Shown here one piece after another: positions 45,101 to 57,100 of a DNA stretch of 64,000 nucleotides. Source of the DNA: Tubulanus polymorphus (lineage: Eukaryota; Animalia; Nemertea); NCBI RefSeq assembly GCF_964204645.1, contig NC_134028.1, positions 23,432,345-23,496,344 on the forward strand, in the 5' to 3' direction. Each line of letters opens with the position of its first letter. Within the stretch, counting starts at the first letter, position 1. The notes beneath the pieces are model-generated. The model saw nothing but the letters and a program-made list of their open reading frames with translations, had not been told where the DNA came from and ran no database searches. Made by a program: the position numbers and the translations under genes.

Positions 45101-48100
45101 AGGAGTCAATAATCTTCCAAGTTAGTTTCTTGTTCACTATCAGCCAACAGCCCGCGAGTGCGGATGAAACTGCTCAGAGGGCATTCGCATAAATGACACG
45201 AAGACATCACGAGCGTTTACTGCGCAATACATCAGAATCGCATCTTACCCGTACATGATATGTCTTTTCTACTATATATCAAATCAGCCAGATTCCCATT
45301 CACCTTGTCGAACGAATGCGCGAGAGGTTAACAGACAGACGCATAATGCCGATATACAGATTGACTATCTTATTGAATTAGGCGAAAACCAAAGAGCTCC
45401 GTCTGTTGATTCATAGCTGATGGCCATAGGTTGTAGCGCAAAATACAGACATTTTCGATTTTTTGCCTTTAATGCCTTGAAGGATATAAAATGCAATGTG
45501 TCGTAAAATCATGAGATCGACCGGGAATCGAGGATAACACGTGAAAAAGATGATCGCTAAATTCTCGATAAACTTCATTGCTCGCGCCATATATTCTGTA
45601 TTGTGAATATGAATTACCTTCCTCTTAGAAACTACCGTTACAACCTCAACATTTGAAATCCAATATCACCAGCCGACTTGAAATTCATCGGCTAATCTAT
45701 CATACACACAATAACGTATAAAAAACGCAGCCTTCTACGAAGTTCGAATTAATCATCTGGACAATGAGAAGTAAACTAACGCAATAAGCAAACAATTAAA
45801 CTGCGTTATCCATCAAAGAAGACAAACAATTTGGATGTTTGCATTTCGGAATAAGAACCGTTCAAAATATACATCGTTTAACAAGGAAGCAGTTAATCCT
45901 CTTATAGCTCAATGAAACGCTTACGTGACGGTTTTCCCTATAACCTTTTAGATTCACTCCATTTCGAAGACAATTCTTTTTCTCAATATGAAAGCATCTT
46001 TCGCCAGAGAGAAAGAATGTTAATATCAAACAACCTTCTCCCATTTCGAACCGATTAACGAGATTTCATCCCAGTTCGTTAAGTGATTTATGTCACGAAT
46101 TTTCCGTGCAAATTCATCACGTGGAAATGTGGTACAATAATGATATTTTGCAGGAAAATCAAAATTGTTCTCTCGGTCTGTCTTGGCAAACACGACTCAA
46201 TCATTTCAATGGGCCATTTATAGAGACAAACTCGATGTGTCTCTGCAAACCATATCATTTGTGCACCTCTCAACCATATATCTTCCTTCACGTGATTTCC
46301 CACAACAGTACTTAAAGCCATTAAGTGACTTAATCTTAAGCCAGGCCGTCGTATATAAACCTGATCTGTCACGTCGGTGGATGAGAACTCGTAGCTGTAG
46401 CCTTAACACGTACATCACGAAGCAATAGTTAAGGGAAAGTTATAAGCTTGTAGCTCATTATCTACCATCCGCCACATCGCATTATCGTTAAACATTGGTT
46501 TTAGCTTTCAAGTGTCGAAGTTTACCATCACAAATCTGAATTTTATGGACGCGAAACTCGTTATTCGAACCTAAACGACTGTTTACGAGGCTTAAAACAA
46601 ATGGGATGATATCAATAAAATCACAGGTGGTTATGATGTATTACGGTTGTAATTCGGATCATTTATTTTACTGGAAATAATCGCGAAATGTGCCATTCAC
46701 AACACACGCTCTATCCATCGACTATCGAGTTGTGTCACGTTTTGAATTTCGAAACTTCATTCATATTTTCTCCACAAACAGGTAATTTTCACGATTCTTA
46801 AGTCGCGATCACAAGGATACGATTTGGCCCGGGCCAAACTCGACCAAACCAGACCAGTGTAAAAATTTGGCCGGTGCCTTAGAGTGAGCTTTCAAATTTA
46901 TCACTCGCTCGTTACTAAAATGCTATCGAAATAAGTTAGCATTCACAACCAGTTAGCATTCACACGCAATAATGAGACCCTTGCTTAATTTGGCTCGGAC
47001 CTAGTGTGATGTTTTTGGCCGGTTCAACTTTGGCCCATGTCATCAGGCACGAATCCATTTGGCACCAGCGGTTGGCCCGGGTCATAAAAAGCTCGTATGA
47101 TCGCGGCCTATATGGATTTAAACTTCCGAAAGTTTAGCCACATAGAAGAAAGCATTTTCATCTTGCACGTAGATCTACTTGTAGATTTTCCTTAAGATGC
47201 GTGTGTAATTGGTTGCACGTATCTTCCATTTTTTTACATTAGGCAATTCTATTCTTCCCTTGTCCCGTTATACGATACAAAAGCTCTCAGTGGTCTGTCA
47301 GAACCAGATTAACCATTGAAACAAATTGCTTGACAACTTCATCCCGAAGGCTGAAACAAAGATAGATGTGCTTTGAGTGAAGTGAGACAGTGGAAAACTT
47401 GATAATTGTTTTGACCAGTAATCAATGTAATATGTTTCGCCTCTCGTCTCTCCGTCGGTTAGATTTCGATTATGTCTAGCGGGCATCGACGTAATAAGAA
47501 AGATCCTGAGAATATTGGCAATATATGTATATTCGTAATATCTAACGGCGTTTGGAATGGCCAGAGATCATCTGGGGAAATGTGGCACCGCCTGGACAAT
47601 CTAACGATTCGCATTTGCCGCTGCGAAAGAGAACTGTAGTCGTATAATGCATATACGACTTGTAAAAACTTCATCCCATCAATCTAACGAAGCGAGAAGG
47701 TAAAGTATGGAGCTCCTCTCGTGGGATAGCCGAACAAGTGTTCGTTGACAAACGTCACGGAGTTGGGGCGCATTAGATAAATTAAGATGACACGTCTGCA
47801 CACAACTGCTCGCAGACGACAGAAACTCTCTCCGAGATCATCGACCAGACGTCAGCAGACGAGTATCACGACAACATGGCTTTAAATCGGCAAACGCGAC
47901 ACGACAAACGTTACTTAAGGTCAAATTGCACCTTGGTGTATTTTTCTTTTCGTTTTAATCGACTGTTAATCGGAATTTAGAGCAGTAATGCGGGATTTGG
48001 TCGAACACAAATTCACAAACATGCGCCATTTCGCTTAAACATCGCTTGAGAATGTTATAAAATTGCGCGCTTACGCACGAAATACTATTGGACTATTTTC

Positions 48101-51100
48101 ATCGTGGGCAAAGTTCCAACATTTCGATATTCACTTGTCAGAGTGCCATACGTAATTGATGACTCCAGTTTAGATAAAATTGATACATAGCTACTAAATC
48201 GAATTCAACTTCGATTTCTATACTATACAGTGACATCCCGATAATATCTTTTGCGAATCGAATTAGAAATGTAGAGTAGTGTTCACGCCAGACTCAGTAT
48301 TCGTCAAACGGTACCGCAACCATAGGAAAAACCACGTTTAACAATGAACGTTAATTGAAGAATTCTCTCTTAAGATATTGCTATCACTTGAATTCAGTGA
48401 GCGAGGTGCAAGACGTAATGACTTCTGAGATAAAACCCCACCGCTTTTCGACGAAGCCGTGATCTAACTTTTAAATCTGTGGGCGCTCAGTGGGAATAGT
48501 CCACCACGGTATAGAAATATACCCTGCAACAGATTGTAAAAAAATCTTTCCTAGTAATTCGGAAACAGGCATCAGGTGACAGACAAATCCGTTGGTTAAT
48601 TCAGGCTTGCACTGACGTATTCACGAACCTGCTTGGGTTTTATCTGATATATTCGGGTCCAAATTTCCTAATTTAACGATCGATTCTGTCTCGTCGTGTC
48701 ATGAAACTGTCGAAATCGATCGCTTTTCGCAAAGACCTAGTGTGACAGGTGCGCGACGCCAATTTAAAGCTCACCGATGCGATCGCTGATAGGATAACAA
48801 AATGTAGGAATATTAACATGAAATTCGTATCTGATCCGAGATGTAGCTGCGCCACGGTATAACAAGTGATTTATTGGATTCGGTTTCCCGAGGCACCCAG
48901 CAAATAAACAACTACATAACGCCCCTCGTGTTTTACGAGAAGGCCGAATTTTCCGCACTCGCCACCAGTGGCTCGAAGTATATCCGGTAGTTATTGACAT
49001 GTTTGCAATGTCAGGCGATGAAAACGAAACAGAAGAGGAAATAATCTCTTATTCAGCGTCCTGTCATCTGATATGTTAATTCCCTGGAAAGCTGGACAAC
49101 TTTGATTCAGTCGAAAACTTAGAGCAGATTACGCAACGGTTCATGCTGGATTCGAGTATCAGCTATTTTGAACGTCCGAATATTGACATTCACACACGCT
49201 TAGAAGCTTCGATCCTTTGGAGTCACTTAACGGAGGTTTCTTTATTACATGGGTCGTGCATTGATCGATGATCTAGCATTTTCTTGCCATCTTTCACGGA
49301 ACACGGGTTTTTTATTGTTTCTACTAATACCACGGTTGTTTCGCCATCGTTTTTGATGAGGCGAGCTGAAATGATAAAGCTAAAGGATTCTCGTTTGGTC
49401 TGGCCGAATCCCCTTTAATGTCAACGTTGTGTTGTAATTAGGTACATGTTTTGTATGCATGATTTACGGCTGGTAAATGACAAATTACCGGCCAATGAGG
49501 TCAAATCTACCGATAAAAAGGGACACGATGTAGGCTGTCATCATCATCAATATATGTTAGTATCCGTCGAAAATTGCCTGGTCGGTATCGATAATTCCAA
49601 ATCGATGCCACGAAAATGGATCAAAACAATTTACATGTATAAAGTTATGCGTAGTTATGTGTATGTTTATGATCACATGCAGGTGGAAAACCGATGGAAA
49701 ATGTAAACTTTACAAGACTTTATCAGCGCCTGATGACTTGTGTGTATGCAGTATTCTTACGTAACAGCCTGAACGATTACTAATATTTCCCAGTAATGAC
49801 CGACCAAGCCGATTCAGTAATGACCAAAGGTCCAGATGAATTCGATTTTGTCGATGCAAATCTATTGAATTAGGTTACTGAGATTTGAAGCTCAGACGAG
49901 TCACTGGATGATGTCCTTTGGGTGAGCACGTTCCGCATCTGGGAAATTGTTAAATCGTCGAAATGTTTGTTGTTCGGTCGGCGAAAAAAACGAACTTAAC
50001 ATTCATAGTTCGTTTAGCTGTTCCGAAGTACCACCTGTGCATGGTTTACCTCGAACTCCCGCGAATAAAATATCCTTTAAACGTCTGGATATACAAAGGG
50101 TGCTGCAAAAGCCCCCGATAACGTTTTATGTTTACTATTATCTTATCTGCCTTTGTTGTTTGTAGCGAACGGATTGCCAGGTAAGTATAGTGTTCTCGTT
50201 GTAAATTGGACCCGACTGATAAAAAATGTAACACGCCGCACCGGTATCGAGATGGGTTTATTTCGACTTGTAACTTGTTTAAAGCAACGCGTAGTAAGAA
50301 ACATATACAAACTAAAACTAGCTTCTCGCCGAACGGGATGAGGGCCACTTAACACGGTAAACCTTTCCTTGGTTTTCCGTCACCACAAGATTGATCCGGC
50401 GTAGAAATGTTTGCTGGCGATACTCACATCTATCAGAACATCAACTTTATCCAAAACAAAGACTCCGTCCCAATCAATGTCAATAGTAGACGCATCTATC
50501 ATTCAAGTCAAGTTCCTCGATATTTTCTTTAAACGGATAACAAAGCTTCAGCAATTGATTCAGACACATCAACAACTGATTATTTTGGCCAACCAACGAG
50601 CAGAAAATACGACTGTCTAGAAAAGTCTAGATCAGTTATATCAATGGAGTCACATCCGTAACAAACTGGCGTGACCAAAAATATTTCACATTTCCACATT
50701 AATTTGGTATCGGTTTTTTCTGTCGGCTAGGTTTTCTTGGAAGGGATTATACGGAAGAAAATTCCAGTGACACTCTTAACGTCGTTATCAACAGGACGAA
50801 ACTGCAATAATCGAGATTTAACGAGTTAGAGAATGAAACTAATGCCACGAGGCTATCGAGATGCATCGGAAATCTATCAGTCATCGCTCGTATGCAAATT
50901 GATTTCTCTTTCTGAGATAAAAAAAGAAATCAAGCGGATGTTTCTCGAATCGTCCGTTTCGGAGTCGATGACGAAAGTCGACGGAATACAACAGTACCCA
51001 CAGTTACGATGAGGCGACGTGACCCGAGCCGAATAAGTATGATTGATGTATACTTGGTCAGTATGAAAACATCACAATCCTCGTATGGAATACGTGAGCG

Positions 51101-54100
51101 TTCGCGGGTCCATTATCCACATTAGCATATCTATTATGAATGGTTATTTCCTTTCCAACCGTCTCGTAAATACCCGGAGTCGCCTTCAGTAAGAAACCAG
51201 ATATACGAAGTCAGATAAAAACGCAATTGATAACGCGATTCCTGTGGTAATTGCGATAGTTTCATACGACTGGGCACATGCAATATCAACTAGATAGTTT
51301 AGTGAAGAAACTAAGCGGCATTTCAGGTTTTCGATGAAAAATGCAATGGATAACATTCCCCTGCTGATAAGAACACGTTCGCCCTATAGGAAATGTTGTC
51401 TTATCGTGAAATATTACAGCATAAGATGCGTTAAGTAGCACGGGGGGAATCGATAGCAAGTACAATCGTTTATGATATTAATTTTACGGCCCACTGGGTA
51501 ATTTTCTTTTTATGGACATACCAGACTTGAGTGGTCATAAGTGATTTCTGTTGGCTTATACAGCTGGAGCCCAATTTTCTGTGAATTCACTCCGCAAGCA
51601 TTTACCTCTACGCTCTAACATTATTACGTGGCTTTTATATATAACGGCTTTCGCCATGTGTCACGTTATTATATCGTAAACATTCCAATCGGCCCGATAC
51701 GGTTCCAGAATATTCATTCGTTGTCGCATGTCATCGGGGATTCCAGCATCGAAATGACAACTTTTCAACTAGGATTTGCGAATAAAACAGTTTGCGTCGA
51801 CGTAAACGTATCGAGGGCTGTTACGAACTATTTCATGACATACACAGCAACTCAATTACCTTTATTGAAATGCGCTGCACGGTCGTAAAAAAGCGTCTGG
51901 CACGTCTACAATGATTGGCCCTGTTCGTTCTCGTTCAAAAATGCGTTTCCGTCGAGATAAATCCGTCTTACGTGACACCTTACACTCAGTAACATCGATA
52001 AGACTTTCTGTCACGTGTATATTATCACATTAAGTGATTTAAAAAAAACAACGCCATTTAAACATTTTATTCGCTTGCCAGGGTTTGGTTCCTCCCACCG
52101 AAGCTCACGCCCATACAAAGCACCAAACCCTTGGCAATCTGTTTCGAAGACTTCTTCTTCTTTGTCCAAATGACCCCTGTTCCATGAAACACCACGGACA
52201 CCGCGGGACATAAAACTTGAAAATTACGTCATCATACCACCTATACGAACTACCGCTACTATCGATTGAATGATTCATCTGCCATTGAAAGTTTTAATAA
52301 GCTTTTTTTAACGAAATTCCGACTTGAACCCGTCCCGATTTTAAACCAAGACAATTACTTCCTAGAATAAATAGAATTAAATTCCGAGACTACTGGGTCG
52401 CATAACAGGTTCATCGGATTAAGTAAATATTCAAGGATTTTCCGTACGGTTCTCGGCGTTCTAATCAAATTTGACGAGTTCTAATCAGAATTGTGAGTTT
52501 ACACAATATGGAGCCGATGCAAATCATGAGCTATTCTCTACACAGTGTGTCACGATATTTGAAGATCTGAATGCAATCAACGAAGTGATCGCGGGTATTA
52601 TTTTGGATGGATTAAGATTCTTGATGCATGCTGCACACGTGGATAATGAATCAACAACCAGACGAGTAAATTAGGTTAAGCGACCGGAATAAAATGACAT
52701 TTATGGCGGCATGCTGTGTACCAGGAAGTGACGCCATTTCGTGTACGGGTCACATCTACCATGGTTTCTATCGCAAATATCGCCTTAAATACAACTTGAA
52801 TAGAAGAGAAGTCCAATCGAAGAAACAAATTTGACTATGGTCCCAGATATCTGACCAAGTCTACAGACCGGATTGACTGGGTTCAAATCGGTTACCTTTT
52901 ATAACATTACAAGAGTAATTTCTGAAAGAGATTTCCAGCGATTTGTTTGAATTATTTGTCAAAAATACAAGACCACGATTCATATATAATTCTATCTTTT
53001 TGAAGTTGTTTTGCAATTAAAAGTTCTAAATTTGCATCGGCAACTCTAGACGTCTTTTTTCAGTCAGTAAGACCTTATTCCAGTCAGGTGGTGTTGGTCA
53101 CGACCCGGAGTTTTTTTCTCATCTCCCGCCGCATCGCTGTCGCAAGAAAAGATTGCCTGGTGAAGTTTTAGAAACCATGCTTACTAACGGCACCTTACCA
53201 GCTTAGAATAACAGTTGCTAATCGGTTTTTGGAATTTGCGAAAAGCTTTTTAGCTGCTGGAAATAAGATTTTCGCTGGGGAAAAATGACCTACAGAAAGT
53301 GCATCCGAAGACACAGATATCGATTCAAACAAAGTGCGCTGCAGGCATACTGTGAAGAACTCATTTTTTTCTCAGAATTGCAGTCTTTTTCCTGTAGTTA
53401 ACTTGATTAGTTCTGTCAACTAAACATACTTTTTGTTTTTTTTGAGACAGGAGACATTTAAATGGGCGTTGACTGAATATACTGGCAACTCAATCAGTAC
53501 ATACACCGTCTAATGAATCAGGTATAAAATGGAATGATTGTTTTTCTGTATTCCGTGTCATTGAAAGCAGACGGTAAATGTTTATATGTGTCGTTTTGAA
53601 TGATAAGAAGAGCGATCAGACATCGTCGTTGCTGTAAAACCTGCTACCTGTGCAAGCAGACATCGCAAACAATCTCATCACCAAAGCATTTCGTTTCTTT
53701 TTAAGCTTTCTCGATCAAAAGGACATCAAGTATTCAGTATGACTTGAGTACGACGGGTTTTCTCTCGGCGAAGTGAATGCGTGCACAACCGTTCTACGTA
53801 ATTACCGAGGATAATTCGAAAGCAACACGCAGAAAAACTTCCACCATAAAGAAAATTGTCAATTTCGGCACCGTCTCTCGTTAACTAACACCATACATGA
53901 TTTATATCGCACAGGTTGCGAAATGAACAAGTTTTAAAAATACTATAATGAACAACCGTGCTACCCTACTACCCTAATCGCGCCGGCGCAGAAATTGAAT
54001 GTGATTAGTCTTGTCATTTACGAAACCAATAGAGACTCCGAGAAATTAATAGCAGGTGATAGTGATATCATTAATTATATCCGTTCGTTCATACATCTTC

Positions 54101-57100
54101 AGGCACTTGAACAGTAGACGACTCAAATAGTGAGCGTTGCAAAACGTGCTTTGATAAAGACATTTTATGGTAATGAATATATCTTACTTATAGCAAGAGG
54201 CCACACAAGGTTCCATCAGAATATAGGTTACGATAAAAAGTAGGATTTTTTCATATTCATGAACGCATCTAAAGATATTCAAATGACAGATTTAACTACG
54301 ATATTTTAGCCGTCTAATATACGTTTCTCATTTATTCATTCAAGTCGGATTATATCTGTCGGCATGTATAATTTATTGCGGATTTAGTTTAACGCTATGA
54401 AATGGTAATATCGCGCGATATATTATTCTTACACACGTGGATATATAGACTGGGCGGTATAGGTGAAAAGTGAGACGGTCTAGTGACGAGTATGTCTACA
54501 TTCTGTCCACCTTATGAATCCGATCGAGCAAAGATGACAGAAGTTGAACAGACAGACGCTTCTTGCCTCCGGGCGTTCATATTAGGTGTCGCGACGAGTC
54601 AGGTACGATATCGAACGCCTGACTCGACGATGGCACACGGAAACGTGACTTCAAGATATCGCCAAACGGTTTGCCCTCTCGATTTGCGATGTGGCAATTG
54701 GGATAAGTATCTTCGCCATCGACTGCACTCGCAAAGCCGCACGGCCGAAATGGCCATAATTAAACCACGTCCGTGATTGCCTGAGACATTCAAGTGACCA
54801 ATTTGGATAATAAGAGCCACTGCTGATGGACGTAGACGCTACGTGGCGATTATCAACAGGCACCCTGAGCTCACAGGCTTCACCGAGTGGATTTACGAAC
54901 AATTAAGTCTGCACTGAAACTGTTCAAGTGAGAATTAATGATTGAGCCGTCTAGCATTCGTCTAATATCGAATGTTGGGAAATTCGCATTTCGTCGATGT
55001 CTGTCAGGCTGACAATCTCTACAATGTAAATGATTTGATTCCAGGGTTAGATGTTTGACAACACTTTAAATGTATATATATATATATATATATGTACCTT
55101 GATATCTCTTTGTTTTAGGACTTATACCTCATACAATCTTACATTGGCGATATCCGCATTACCAAAACTATATATCCCTTCCACCAGCAGGACGGGTAGA
55201 AATCGCTAAATTACAGTGACGTCACCGAGGTAAAACATTTTTGAGTGCACATTGAAAAATACTGATCCTCTTCGGACATACTATATTCAGGTCATGTATG
55301 ATCTGATTTGATCGACGCCTTGACTTACTACTTGAACAGTAGCGTAATTAAACATTTCGATCCTCGCCACCGTCAACCGATAGTAAGATTGGACCGATTA
55401 GCACAAAGGATTCGAATCCAATAAAGCCGCCAGAAGTGATGAGACTCGCCTATGAAGTATACGGTACTATACAAAAGTGCAGCGATGATTAAGAAGTTAA
55501 AATCTTGACGTAATTAACAACATCGATGAAGAACATGCTGTTAAGGAAATGTTTACCATGTTTACTCGATAATCCCGATGTTGTTGCGAGTGGAATCACT
55601 CAAAATGAGTCAGTTTGTTTAAAGTTTACCGATACTGTTGGTTTTAAGTAATGACCTACGCTATTGCAATTGAGAGCAAATTATTTACTGGAAATCTTCA
55701 CTGCTTTTAGGTTCTTATACCAAATTGTCCTTCGATCATCGAGTCCAAGGGTCATCTCGCAAAGTCATTAACCATCGGCATAGCTTTGAGATCCAATCAC
55801 TCCAATTATATATTTCCACTATACGGCGAGACCTCGGTTATTGATAAGTCTGCAACAACAAGTATGTGAGTTCAACAGCATCCTTAGTAACGTTCGCTCA
55901 GACCGGTGTAATGAAGATCAAACGATCAAAAGAAGTCTGCGCTTACTTTTTTAACAAGACGTCTTGCCATTCTCTCAAGCCGACAAAAGCCGACATTATT
56001 TACACGGACGATAACTAGTAACGATACTTACTTCGTTTTAGTCCGGGAAAGTCGTTTGTACGGCTTATTGCTTCTCATCATTCACGTCACAGCACAAAAC
56101 AAATATACAATATCAGATTGGAGATAATCTCATTGGGACCTGAAGTGCCAGAGGGACCAAAACCGAGATAGATCGTCATGCAAACAGTGAACTGCAATCA
56201 TTTCACATCAAATTGCAGGACTTATCGTTTTCATAACGAAGTTTTTCCGAGCATGAAATTTGCTTATATCGAATTCATTTATTCATCAATTCCAACCGTA
56301 TACGAATGAACATACAGCTAGATTATATACAATCTACATTTATGGTAATCATTCTATTTCATTAGAAACATTGCGAGATTTGAGTTCTGCAAAATCAGAG
56401 ATGGAACGTTTCTCGAAAATGCGAGGGAATTGATATAGAAATATTTGATCCTCGTTATTAACTTTCACTCATTCGCCCTGGGGGAATTCATTCTTATTGA
56501 AGATAGTGGAAAGAAATGAAACCAGTCTCATATTTGCAAACTCCGAAGATTCTCTGCGATATTGCTGCATTTGCAATTTGATCCCTCCGAAACAAAGAGA
56601 TCTGTCGTGAGAATGATTTTATAACGTTTACTCCCCGACGATTCGTGAACTTCAGCCGTTTAGAATTTTCCTAAAAGAATCCCACGTTGAAACGATCGAC
56701 GAACACAATCGGGCAGTTTTTCGAATCAACCCGATGAACTAATAATGAAACGTATCGGCGCATTTTGGTTGTTACATTATGAATGCGGGATTAATGTCTA
56801 CAAGGCGTGTAATCTTCCGAGGGATGCCCCATCAATCAGAACACACACCGTCGTCACGAACAAACCCGATCCAGAGGAGTCCTATTCCCACTATTAACGT
56901 CAGTACTCGATACTTCCTGGACGAGGGGGTCAGGTAGACGTTTACATTTCCGGCGCATATATTTCACTGTAAATCGAGCTATTTCGTCACGTGACTGTCG
57001 CTAGATTGACGTCACTAGCGACGGTCGTTTTAGACTTCAAACGCACCACACTTAATCAATTTTAGTTGTCGTTTCATTGTTCGAATAAAGCCGGATTCTT

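Noticed and set aside
50175-50188. U1 snRNA gene (minus strand ATACTTACCTGGCA)
   Set aside because: The match stops after ~14 nt with no U1 stem-loops or Sm site. It is better read as a perfect + strand splice donor.
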